From Archangiaceae bacterium (GTDB lineage: Bacteria; Myxococcota; Myxococcia; Myxococcales; Myxococcaceae), in NCBI GenBank assembly GCA_043750125.1, contig JAYVCD010000069.1, positions 1-54,582 on the forward strand: a DNA stretch of 54,582 bases, in the 5' to 3' direction. Numbering within the stretch: the stretch's first letter is position 1; each line of letters starts with the position of its first letter. This document shows, piece by piece, positions 46,102-54,582 of the stretch. A model generated the notes under the pieces. The model was not told where the DNA came from. It saw only the letters and a program-made list of their open reading frames with translations, and did no database searches. Both the position numbers and the translations under genes were made by a program.

Positions 46102-46223
46102 AGTCGTTGAATCAGCAGTGGCCGTTCATCCGACCTTTGACGACTTCGGCGCTGTCACGCTCCCGTTTCTCCGGCCAACCATCCGATGCCGGGTCAAATC
46201 TGCTTCTCTAAACTGCCGAGCGG

Positions 46224-47003
46224 ATGATCGCTCTGCAGAAGAAATCAAAGGGGCGACGATCGAGGTCCGGTCAAGCGGCAGTCGAAGCGGCCCTGACGAT
46301 GCCTTTGGTGGTGTTCCTGGTTCTCGGAACCTTGCAGCTGTTCATGATGCTGCAGGCCCGCATCATGGCTCAGTACGCGGTCTACAAAGCGGTGCGCTCG
46401 GGCAGCTTGATGCACGGCGATTGCGAGGCGATGACCCACACCGCGCTCGTCGCGCTGATGCCCACCATCACCCGGGTCGACTCGCCGACGAGTCTGGCCG
46501 AGGCCTTCGGAAATCGCCGCACCAACCGCTACAACCCCAACAAAGATTTCGGTTACGGCACTCAGATCATCGAAATTTACCGGGAATCGCCGCTGCTCGC
46601 CTCGATTCAGCCGCCCATTCTCGAGGACAACCAGTTCGATCAGCCCGCCACCCCCAACGCATCCAACCCGCTCAAGCGGCTCGAGGTGCGAATGATCTAC
46701 TGGTACCGGTTGAAGATTCCGTTCGCCGACTGGGTGATGAGCCGAATGTTCCTCGCCCACTACGATTTGCAGGCCTACAACAATGCGAACCCGCTGGCTC
46801 CAGTTCAGGGGAAAGCCGGCTGGCCCGATGGCCCGACGGCGACCTTCGCCAACGAGATCTGGCCTGGCGGGCCGCTGGGGCCGAACATGCGCACCTGGTC
46901 CGCGGCCGGCTTCTACCTGTTCCCGCTGCGGGTCACCGCGTCGATGAAGATGATGGTCCCCGCGCGCAGGTCCAACTTCAAAAAACCAGAGTGCCCCCTA
47001 TGA
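46224..47003 (+). CDS. TadE-like minor pilin
   Basis: Basic leader, G|QAAVE prepilin motif, hydrophobic helix. Confidence 0.82.
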   Translation: MIALQKKSKGRRSRSGQAAVEAALTMPLVVFLVLGTLQLFMMLQARIMAQYAVYKAVRSGSLMHGDCEAMTHTALVALMPTITRVDSPTSLAEAFGNRRTNRYNPNKDFGYGTQIIEIYRESPLLASIQPPILEDNQFDQPATPNASNPLKRLEVRMIYWYRLKIPFADWVMSRMFLAHYDLQAYNNANPLAPVQGKAGWPDGPTATFANEIWPGGPLGPNMRTWSAAGFYLFPLRVTASMKMMVPARRSNFKKPECPL

Positions 47004-48544
47004 GAAAACGGTTGGCCCGCGGCCAGAACATGGTGTTGTTCGCACTGACCTTGATGCTGTTGACCTTGATGTCCCTGGTCACGCTTCAGCTGGGGATGCG
47101 CGCTCACGAGCGCGTCGAATCGCAGATGGTCGCCGACGCCGCGGCGTACAGCAACGCGGTCACGACGGCGCGGACCTACAACATGGTCGCGGTGATGAAC
47201 CGCGCCCGGGCCGCGCACTTCGTCGCGCTGCTGGGCACCGAGAGCCTGATCAGCTGGTCGGGCGTGATGCACGCCGGGGCCGCCGGCTTTGCGAACGCGC
47301 TCGACAAATGCCCCAATGCGGCGGCGCTCGCCGCCCAGCTTCGCGCCAACGCCGCTGCCTTCCCCATCTGGGACAAGTTCGATGAGCTCGCGGGCGAGCA
47401 GGCGCGCATGCAGCAAGGCGCAGACGGCCTTCGTGCCGCGACCCAGGACTTCTACCTGCTCAAGTTGATGGGCGAGCAGCTGGGGGGCCAGCAGCTGGCC
47501 GATCGGATCGCCAAGCTGGCGAACCCCGAGCTGACTGCCCCGGCGGCCGGATCGGGCAAGTCGATGTCCGAAGTCGACCCCTACTGCCTCGGCGGCGCCA
47601 CCTGCCTGATTGGCGAAAACATCGGGTGGATGTCGGCGGTCATGGGCAGCCGTGGGTGGGGGTTCACCACCAGCCGCGCAGGGGCGGTCGCGGTCGGTGC
47701 GGCCGGGCTGTTGGCGAGTGTGACCAACGCCGGCGGGGGTGGCTCGGGCTGGGGCGATGATCCCTGGTACGGCCTCACCCCGACCTTGGGCGGTCCCCCC
47801 GGGGAAGCCGCCCAACGCAACCTCACCATGAATGGCGAGGCGGCGTGGGCCGAGGATCACGGGGGGCAGGTCACCGTTCAGGTCGGAAACTGCGTGCAGA
47901 GTGCGGCAATCTCGGGCGGGTACGTGATGTCCTCGGCTCTGGAAGTCGACACCGACGTGCACTCGTATTCCAGAGGAGCCCCTGCTTTGGGCGCCGGACG
48001 TCCGGGCATTGCCCAGGAAATCAGCGAGACGGGCCAGTTTCCAAGGCACACCCTGGGCAGCTGCCCGCTGACCAAGCCCGGTTGTCCGGGGGTGTTCGGC
48101 GGGATGCTCGCCTTCAACCGCGCTCGCCTCAGCGAGCCCGGCAACGACTTCGGCCAACCCAAGCTCTACGCGATCATTCAGCGGGACTACAAGGCGCGCA
48201 CCAAAGTCGACCCCTGGAACCTGCTGTTCAACTTTCAATTCTTGCGCAGCGGGCCGGGCAAGACGTTCGACAACGGCAACCCGAAGGGCACCTTTCTGAC
48301 TCCTGCGGGCGCAGACCTCTCGAAGCAGGTCTCGCTGGGAGCGGGCCTGGCGTATTACCACCGGCCCGAAAACAACGGCGGCGGCGGCTTCCTCGAGCCG
48401 CCCAACCTCTTCAACCCGTTCTGGAGGGCGACGCTCGTCGCCGCCGATGGAGACGCCGGCGACCGACTGGGCGCGGCCGGTTACCCCGACGCGAAGGCCG
48501 CCTTCCTCGCTCTGCGCGGCAAGGGCTACAAGGGGACGCCGTGA
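47000..48544 (+). CDS. TadG-like large pseudopilin
   Basis: RG|QNMVLF leader without E5, QMVADAAAYS, C-terminal AYYHRP...EPPNLFNPFWRATL. Confidence 0.8.
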   Translation: MRKRLARGQNMVLFALTLMLLTLMSLVTLQLGMRAHERVESQMVADAAAYSNAVTTARTYNMVAVMNRARAAHFVALLGTESLISWSGVMHAGAAGFANALDKCPNAAALAAQLRANAAAFPIWDKFDELAGEQARMQQGADGLRAATQDFYLLKLMGEQLGGQQLADRIAKLANPELTAPAAGSGKSMSEVDPYCLGGATCLIGENIGWMSAVMGSRGWGFTTSRAGAVAVGAAGLLASVTNAGGGGSGWGDDPWYGLTPTLGGPPGEAAQRNLTMNGEAAWAEDHGGQVTVQVGNCVQSAAISGGYVMSSALEVDTDVHSYSRGAPALGAGRPGIAQEISETGQFPRHTLGSCPLTKPGCPGVFGGMLAFNRARLSEPGNDFGQPKLYAIIQRDYKARTKVDPWNLLFNFQFLRSGPGKTFDNGNPKGTFLTPAGADLSKQVSLGAGLAYYHRPENNGGGGFLEPPNLFNPFWRATLVAADGDAGDRLGAAGYPDAKAAFLALRGKGYKGTP

Positions 48545-49476
48545 GAAGGGCCCCCTGGCGCGGGCAGGGAATGGTCGAGGCGACGCTTGGGATCTTCGTC
48601 TTCTGCACGGTGTTGATCTTCGGAATCCACTTCGCTGAAATCGGCCACTTGTCGCTGAAGGTTCAGGAAGCGGCCAACAGCGCGCTCTGGGATTCCACGT
48701 CGCGCAAGATGCACGACACGTTCTCGAAAGATTGGAACATCTACAAATCGGCGATTCCCTTCGCGCAGAACCAGACCCAGGCCCGCTACCGGGACTTCGA
48801 TGCGCTGGCGAACAACTCGACCACCGTCACGCAGGTGTTCACCACCGCCAGGAACATGAACGTCAACTGCGAAGTGTTGGCGAACAAGCATGGAGTTCAG
48901 CCGCTGGCGCCTGACCCCAAAGCCGCCGCAGCCTACCCTTCGGGGCTCAGCGGCATCGCCTGCAGCGCCGAAGCGACGCTGGCCGGGTTCCGCATTCCGG
49001 CGAGTTTCGCCGACAACAGCATTTCTCAATTCCGCCATTGGAAGAAGGTCGACATCAAGGCCTGCGCGGCGGGTCGGCCGGTCAACGGCAGCTGCCCCGG
49101 CCAGCTGGGAATGGTGCTCGACGACTGGGGCTACAGCGGAACCAGCGAAGCTCAGCAGTGCCCGCTGGCCCGGGAAGGCGGCACCGGCTGCGCCAATCAG
49201 GGTTATTACGACCAGGTTTCGGCGGTGTACAAGAAGGTCGGCAACGCAGGCTCTGCGTCCAGCCTCGCGGCCTCGGCCGCCGGGGTCTCGCCGATTGACG
49301 AGGACTTCTTCTACATGAGCTTTCGAGGTCGAGAGAGCTCGTTCGGCCCGTACACCGAGTCCCTGGGCACGTCCCACGGGGACATCACCTGGGAGACCAC
49401 TCCGTTCGCCAACCCGCGCATCGGCCCCCCTGACCCCCGCGCCGACTGTTGGCTGGGCAAGGACTGCCCCCCTTGA
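48541..49476 (+). CDS. TadE-like minor pilin, Cys-rich
   Basis: RG|QGMVE prepilin motif; GTGA overlap with the upstream gene. Confidence 0.8.
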   Translation: MRRAPWRGQGMVEATLGIFVFCTVLIFGIHFAEIGHLSLKVQEAANSALWDSTSRKMHDTFSKDWNIYKSAIPFAQNQTQARYRDFDALANNSTTVTQVFTTARNMNVNCEVLANKHGVQPLAPDPKAAAAYPSGLSGIACSAEATLAGFRIPASFADNSISQFRHWKKVDIKACAAGRPVNGSCPGQLGMVLDDWGYSGTSEAQQCPLAREGGTGCANQGYYDQVSAVYKKVGNAGSASSLAASAAGVSPIDEDFFYMSFRGRESSFGPYTESLGTSHGDITWETTPFANPRIGPPDPRADCWLGKDCPP

Positions 49477-50135
49477 TGGGCGCACTTTGCTGGGCCGCGG
49501 CGATCTGCATCGGGGCAGGGCCTGCAGCGGGTCCGGCGCACTTCGTGTGGCCCAGGCCACAGCTGGTCGAGGAAATCGACATTCCCGCGGTGGTGAAGGC
49601 CGACGGGGTTCCGGTTCGGCTGCACGTGATCCGCTCGAAGATGGGAATCGAAGAGCTGCTGCAGACCTACGCCACCGCGTTCGAGCAGGCCGGCTTCTAC
49701 ATTGCCCTCAAACAAAAGCGCATCGTCGCCGAGCCGCACATCACCGCCCTCGACTGGCGCACCCGCATTTCCTACTCGGCGATTTTCTCGCCCAACGCCG
49801 ATGGCACGACCAGCTGCCTGTTCGGTGAGGCCGCGATGGGGAAGCAGACGGCCGTCCCTGCCTCAGACTTTGCCGCGCTGATGCCCGCCGCCCGAGAGGT
49901 GATGCGCATCGACCAGGAAGCCGATCGGGTGATTTCCTTCAGCGTGAAGGCCAGGGTCGACGAGGTCAATCAGTTCTACCGCGAGACGCTCACCCCGGTC
50001 GGCTTCCTGCCGGGACCCGCCGAGGACGAAGCGAACCTCTATGGCAAAGGGGACGAGCGAATTCGGGTGATCGCCACCCCGCGCGCGGACGGGATGACCA
50101 CGGTGGTGCTGATGCACCGCAGATCCGACCGGTAG
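49476..50135 (+). CDS. Exported protein of unknown function, coupled to the Tad pilin cassette
   Basis: TGATG overlap; hydrophobic N-terminus; two similar halves (YATAFEQAGF / FYRETLTPVGF). Confidence 0.7.
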   Translation: MGALCWAAAICIGAGPAAGPAHFVWPRPQLVEEIDIPAVVKADGVPVRLHVIRSKMGIEELLQTYATAFEQAGFYIALKQKRIVAEPHITALDWRTRISYSAIFSPNADGTTSCLFGEAAMGKQTAVPASDFAALMPAAREVMRIDQEADRVISFSVKARVDEVNQFYRETLTPVGFLPGPAEDEANLYGKGDERIRVIATPRADGMTTVVLMHRRSDR

Positions 50136-50168
50136 CAAATTGGTCGTACCCGCGCTACTGGAGCCTTT

Positions 50169-50693
50169 GTGCTCGGCCGACCGGACAAGCTGCTCGTCGA
50201 ACTCGAAGTCAACGGGGACCGTCACCAGATCGCGGTCGAGCCGCGGGCCACCTTGCTCGAGGCGCTGCGCTACACGCTGCGGCTGACCGGCTCGAAGCAG
50301 GGCTGCGATAAGGGTGATTGTGGCGCGTGCACCGTGCTGGTCGATGGCAAGCCGACGCTCAGCTGTCTGTCTTTGGCGCTCGAGGCCCAGCACCACAAGG
50401 TCGTCACCATCGAAGGGCTGGCGAAGGACGGCTGCATGCACCCGGTGCAAGACGCCTTCGACCTGTGCGGCGCGCTGCAGTGCGGCTTTTGCCAGTCGGG
50501 AATGATGCTGTCGGCCGCGGCCCTGTTGGAGCGCAACCCCAGGCCCAGCCGCGACGAGATCAAGCAGGCGCTGTCTGGGAACCTGTGCCGGTGCACCGGC
50601 TACACCCAGATTCTCGATGCGGTGGAAGTCGCGTCCGGCCAGCGCAAGATCGTCGAACGGGACGAGCGACCGACCACCGGGGGCGCGAAGTGA
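50169..50693 (+). CDS. 2x[2Fe-2S] subunit of a xanthine-oxidase-family enzyme (HcrC/CoxS-like)
   Basis: GCDKGDCGAC...C, QCGFC, GNLCRCTGY. Confidence 0.92.
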   Translation: MLGRPDKLLVELEVNGDRHQIAVEPRATLLEALRYTLRLTGSKQGCDKGDCGACTVLVDGKPTLSCLSLALEAQHHKVVTIEGLAKDGCMHPVQDAFDLCGALQCGFCQSGMMLSAAALLERNPRPSRDEIKQALSGNLCRCTGYTQILDAVEVASGQRKIVERDERPTTGGAK

Positions 50694-52972
50694 GCGCAAA
50701 GTTCTCGGTCGTCGGGCGTCGGCTCAGGAAGATCGACGGGCTGAAGAAGGCCACCGGCGAAGCGATGTATGCCGACGATCTGCAGCTGCCCCGAATGCTG
50801 CATTGCAAGATGCTGCGCAGCCCCTACGCCCACGCGCGGGTGAAGAAGATCGACTTCACCCGGGCCCTGGCCCACCCGGGGGTGATCGCGGTGCTCGAGG
50901 GCAGCGAGCTGCCGACCCGGTACGGGGTCATTCCCTGGACGCCCGACGAGCAGGCGCTGGCCGCCGACAAGGCCCGCTTCATCGGCGACGAGATCGCCGC
51001 CGTCGCTGCCGTCGACGAGCTGGCCGCCGAAGAAGCGCTCGAGCTGATCGATGTCGAATGGGAAGTGCTGCCCGCGGTGATTGACCCGGAAGCGGCGCTG
51101 ACCGCCGGTGCCCCGCACATTCATGAGGCCGGCAAGCACGGCAACTTGAGCAAGCACGTCGCGCTCGCGTTCGGCGATGTCGACGGGGCGTTGAAGCGCT
51201 GCGCTTCCGTCGCCGAGCAGGAATTTTTCTACGCCGGTTCGACCCACGCGGCGATCGAGCCCCACTGCGCGGTGGCCCAGTACGACGCCGAAGGGAACCT
51301 GACTCTCTGGAGCTCGACCCAGATTCCGCACTACGTCCACCGCGAGCTGTCGAAGGTGCTCGAGCTCGACCCGGCGCGAATCCGGGTGATTCAGCCCTTC
51401 ATCGGCGGAGCGTTCGGCGGCAAGTCCGACCCCTTTTCGCTCGAATTCGTCGTCTGTGCGCTCGCGATCAAGACCGGCCGCCCGGTGAAGTGCCTGTTCA
51501 CCCGCGAAGAGGTCTTCTGGGCCCACCGCGGTCGCCACCCGATGAAGATGAAGTTCACCGTCGGCCTCTCGGCGGAAGGAAAAATCGAAGCGGTCGATTC
51601 GAAGATCCTGATCGACGGCGGGGCCTACTCGAGCTTTGGGCTCGTCACCGCCTACTACTCGGGCCAGCTGCTCACCGGGCCGTACGCCTTTGGCACCTAC
51701 CGGTTCGACTCGACCCGGGTCTTCACCAACAAGCCTCCCTGTGGCCCCAAGCGCGGCCATGGCAGCGTTCAACCCCGCTTTGCGTTCGAAGTGGCGCTCG
51801 ACATCGCGGCCCAGAAGCTGGGGCTGGACCCGATCGAAGTCCGCCGCCGCAACTTCGTCGGCGAGAACGTGCAGACGATCAACGGCCAGCAGATCACCTC
51901 GAACGGTTTTCTGCAGTGCCTCGATAAGGTGGAAGAGGCCAGTGGGTGGAAGCAGCGCAAGGGCAAGCTGGGCCACGGCCGCGGCCTGGGCGTCGCCGGC
52001 TCGATGTACATCTCGGGCACAGCCTACCCCATCTACCCGAACGAGATGCCGCAGTCGGGGATCCAGGTGAAGCTCGACCGGTCGGGGAAGGTGACAATTT
52101 TTTCCGGTGCCTCGGACATCGGGCAGGGGACCAACTCGCTGCCGGCCTACCTGGTGTCCGAAGAGCTGGGCTGCGACCCGCGCGACTGCCACGTGGTGGT
52201 GAGCGACACCGATTTGACTCCGGTCGACATGGGCGCCTACTCGAGCCGCGGCACCTTCATGGTCGGCCTGGCCTGCATCGAGGCCGGCCAGCGGCTGTGG
52301 GCGCAGATCTCCGCGGCGGTGGGCGAGAAGTGGGGCATTGATCCTTCCGGTGTCGACGGGCAGCTGGGGACGATCAGTGGCCCCGCCGAAGACCAGCGCT
52401 TGTCCTTTCGCGACGCGGTGGCGCTGACCGAGGCGAAGTTCGGAACGCTCGGCTCGACCGGCAGCTACCGCACCCAGAAGCTCGGCGGCGATTACCGCGG
52501 AGGCACCATCGGCGCCTCGCCCGCCTACAGCTTCACCGCCCACGTCGCGGAGGTCGTCGTCGATGTCCAGACCGGGCGCTGGCAGGTTCAGAAGCTCTGG
52601 GCGGCGCACGACTGTGGAAAGGCGATCAACCCCACGCTGGTCGAGGGTCAGATCGAAGGCAGCGTCTACATGGGCTACGCGGAAGCAGCGATGGAAGAGA
52701 TGACGTACCTGCCTTCGGGCCTTCACCGCGGCCCTTCGCTGCTCGACTACCGGATTCCCACCACGCTCGACACCCCCGAGATCCAGAGCCTGATCGTCGA
52801 ATCGAATGATCCCAACGGGCCTCATGGGGCCAAAGAGGCGGGCGAAGGGCCGCTGCACCCGGCGATTCCGGCGATCAGCAATGCGATCTACGACGCGGTC
52901 GGGGTCCGACTGACCCAGCTGCCCTTTCACCCCGGGATGCTGCTTCGGGCGCTGAAGGCCAAGACGTGCTGA
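50690..52972 (+). CDS. Molybdopterin-binding subunit (HcrA-like, xanthine oxidase family)
   Basis: RSPYAHA, GGAFGGK, RGHG, DIGQG, GQIEG, GAKEAGEG. Confidence 0.9.
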   Translation: MSAKFSVVGRRLRKIDGLKKATGEAMYADDLQLPRMLHCKMLRSPYAHARVKKIDFTRALAHPGVIAVLEGSELPTRYGVIPWTPDEQALAADKARFIGDEIAAVAAVDELAAEEALELIDVEWEVLPAVIDPEAALTAGAPHIHEAGKHGNLSKHVALAFGDVDGALKRCASVAEQEFFYAGSTHAAIEPHCAVAQYDAEGNLTLWSSTQIPHYVHRELSKVLELDPARIRVIQPFIGGAFGGKSDPFSLEFVVCALAIKTGRPVKCLFTREEVFWAHRGRHPMKMKFTVGLSAEGKIEAVDSKILIDGGAYSSFGLVTAYYSGQLLTGPYAFGTYRFDSTRVFTNKPPCGPKRGHGSVQPRFAFEVALDIAAQKLGLDPIEVRRRNFVGENVQTINGQQITSNGFLQCLDKVEEASGWKQRKGKLGHGRGLGVAGSMYISGTAYPIYPNEMPQSGIQVKLDRSGKVTIFSGASDIGQGTNSLPAYLVSEELGCDPRDCHVVVSDTDLTPVDMGAYSSRGTFMVGLACIEAGQRLWAQISAAVGEKWGIDPSGVDGQLGTISGPAEDQRLSFRDAVALTEAKFGTLGSTGSYRTQKLGGDYRGGTIGASPAYSFTAHVAEVVVDVQTGRWQVQKLWAAHDCGKAINPTLVEGQIEGSVYMGYAEAAMEEMTYLPSGLHRGPSLLDYRIPTTLDTPEIQSLIVESNDPNGPHGAKEAGEGPLHPAIPAISNAIYDAVGVRLTQLPFHPGMLLRALKAKTC

Positions 52973-53946
52973 CGCTGCCTGCCTTCGAGTACCACGCGCC
53001 CACGTCCCTCGCGCAGGCGCTGGCCCTGCTGCAGCTGCACGGGCCCAGGGCAAAGCTGATCGCCGGCGGCACGGATGTGGTGCCGAACATGAAGCACCGG
53101 CTCTTCACCCCCGAGCACGTGATCGGGCTGAAGGCGGTTTCTGAGCTTCACTGCATTCGGGAAGAGGCCGAGGCGCTGATCATCGGGCCGATGATCACCG
53201 TCGCCGATCTCGAGCGCGACGAGCGGGTGGGGCGGCTGTTTCCCAGCCTCAAATCCGCGCTGGGTCAGATCGCCGGCCCGCAGCTGCGCGAGATGGGTAC
53301 CCTGGGCGGGAACCTCTGCCTCGATACCCGCTGCGTCTATTACAACCAGACCCTCTTCTGGCGGAAGTCGCTGGGCTACTGCTTGAAGAAAGACGGCACC
53401 GTCTGTCACGTGGTGACCAGCGGAAAGAACTGCGTTGCCGCGGCGAGCAACGACAGCGCTCCGGTGCTGATCACGCTCGATGCGTCGGTGAAGCTCGCCT
53501 CGCCGCGCGGGGAACGGGTGTTGAAGCTCGACGCCTTCTACGTCCCCGATGGGATCATCAACACCGTCCTGGCCCCCGACGAGCTGCTGGTCGAGGTGCG
53601 AATTCCCAAGGTCCCCGGTCGGGGGGTCGCCGCCTACTTGAAGCTGCGCACCCGCGCGGCGATCGACTACCCCGCGCTGAGCGTGGCGGTCGCGGCGCGG
53701 CTGGACCCGGCGGGAAAAATCGAGGACGTGAAGATGGTGATTTCAGCGCTGGCCGCCCGCCCTCACGTGGTGAAGCGGCTCGAGGCGTTCATTGGCCGTC
53801 TCTTGGACGATCAGACCATCGGCGAGCTGGCCCAGATCGCGCACAAGCAGTGCCACCCACTGACGAACATCAACGTCGACCCGGTCTGGCGCCGCGAGAT
53901 GATTCCGGTCTTCGTCCGTCGGGCCTGGGACGCCGCAACCGCCTGA
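52966..53946 (+). CDS. FAD-binding subunit with [4Fe-4S]-type Cys insertion (HcrB-like)
   Basis: AGGTD, GTLGGNLC followed by RCVYYNQ..WR...YCLK....CHV.....C. Confidence 0.88.
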   Translation: MLTLPAFEYHAPTSLAQALALLQLHGPRAKLIAGGTDVVPNMKHRLFTPEHVIGLKAVSELHCIREEAEALIIGPMITVADLERDERVGRLFPSLKSALGQIAGPQLREMGTLGGNLCLDTRCVYYNQTLFWRKSLGYCLKKDGTVCHVVTSGKNCVAAASNDSAPVLITLDASVKLASPRGERVLKLDAFYVPDGIINTVLAPDELLVEVRIPKVPGRGVAAYLKLRTRAAIDYPALSVAVAARLDPAGKIEDVKMVISALAARPHVVKRLEAFIGRLLDDQTIGELAQIAHKQCHPLTNINVDPVWRREMIPVFVRRAWDAATA

Positions 53947-54021
53947 GCTTTCGGTTGCTTGTGCCGGCTGATTTCTTGTCCTAGAGCGCACCCTTTCTTT
54001 TCCTTTTGCAGGGGGTGTCTC

Positions 54022-54582
54022 GTGAACGTCGTCTCTTATCGCTTGATCGCAATGTGTCTGGCAGTCGTGACCTTGATGGGCTGTCCCAGCCCGCAACCGA
54101 CCTCAGACGGAGGAACAGGAGGAGGAGGAGGAGGAGGAGGAGGAGGAGGCGCAGCCGACAGCGGCCCCGGCTTCACCGACGGTGGTGGCAACCTGCCCCA
54201 GGCGATGTTGTGCTCGACCTATGCCGCCGCGTACTGCGATCGCGAAAAGACCTGTACTTTCCTCGACCAGGCCCAGTACCCCGACTGCATCGCCCGGGCG
54301 ACCACCCATTGCACCACGGCGCTCAGCCGGGTCACTTCCGGCCTTCACACCTACAACCCGGCCGCCGCGTTTGCCTGCGTCGGTGTGGTGAAGAACGACC
54401 CCTGCACGGCAGGCAACAACTTCTTCGGTTCCGGATCGATGTTCACCTACTCGTGCCTCGCGGCGCTTGGGCCCGGGGTGGCCACGGTCGGAAGTGTCTG
54501 CGTCGGCACCAGCGACTGCGCCGCCGGCTTCTGCCAGTCGGCGTTTCCCGCCTGCTCGACCTGCAAGGCCTACTCGGCCACC
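54022..54582 (+). CDS. Cys-rich lipoprotein, partial (runs off window end)
   Basis: Manual translation from GTG 54022: ...LAVVTLMG-CPSPQ, poly-Gly, LCSTYAAAYCDREKTC...C...DCAAGFC; no stop before the window end. Confidence 0.8.
   Translation, partial: MNVVSYRLIAMCLAVVTLMGCPSPQPTSDGGTGGGGGGGGGGGAADSGPGFTDGGGNLPQAMLCSTYAAAYCDREKTCTFLDQAQYPDCIARATTHCTTALSRVTSGLHTYNPAAAFACVGVVKNDPCTAGNNFFGSGSMFTYSCLAALGPGVATVGSVCVGTSDCAAGFCQSAFPACSTCKAYSAT
54118..54147 (+). repeat. (GGA)10 perfect microsatellite encoding poly-Gly
   Basis: Ten consecutive in-frame GGA codons. Confidence 0.9.

Noticed and set aside
46118..46999. Extension of the 808-aa ORF suggesting a fusion protein
   Set aside because: It overlaps the TadE-like gene out of frame; the prepilin leader starts at 47000.

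Overview
GC-rich, gene-dense window that looks myxobacterial (Myxococcota-like; inferred from CglD-like and Cys/Gly-rich lipoproteins, Tad-like pseudopilins and FadIJ). In order: a maltodextrin ABC transporter (partial) and a lipoprotein isoamylase; a 7-gene Wsp/ACF-type chemosensory operon whose output is a triple-receiver histidine kinase with a degenerate ATP-binding domain; a divergent heme cluster (hemE-A-C-L-[OmpR-family regulator]-H-F / hemD-B); a PilZ protein; a LamB-like porin, a lipoprotein alpha-amylase and a ferrochelatase homologue lacking its catalytic His; a HExxH/TPR lipoprotein; fadIJ; a block of surface lipoproteins (metalloprotease plus partner, vWA protein, CglD-like adhesin) interleaved with a GT2/YdjC-deacetylase/GT-C/methyltransferase set; a ~165-bp MITE; a REC-GGDEF cyclase, rarA and NAD kinase; a stand-alone Tad minor-pilin cassette; an HcrCAB-like molybdoenzyme; and a partial Cys-rich lipoprotein. 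No rRNA, tRNA, CRISPR array or transposase was seen. The best candidates for new biology are the putative lipid-linked glycosylation module around the adhesins, the pseudo-ferrochelatase together with the apparently self-regulated heme operon, the chemosensory pathway with a probably inactive output kinase, and the orphan Tad tip cassette. All calls come from reading motifs by eye; no database search was run.
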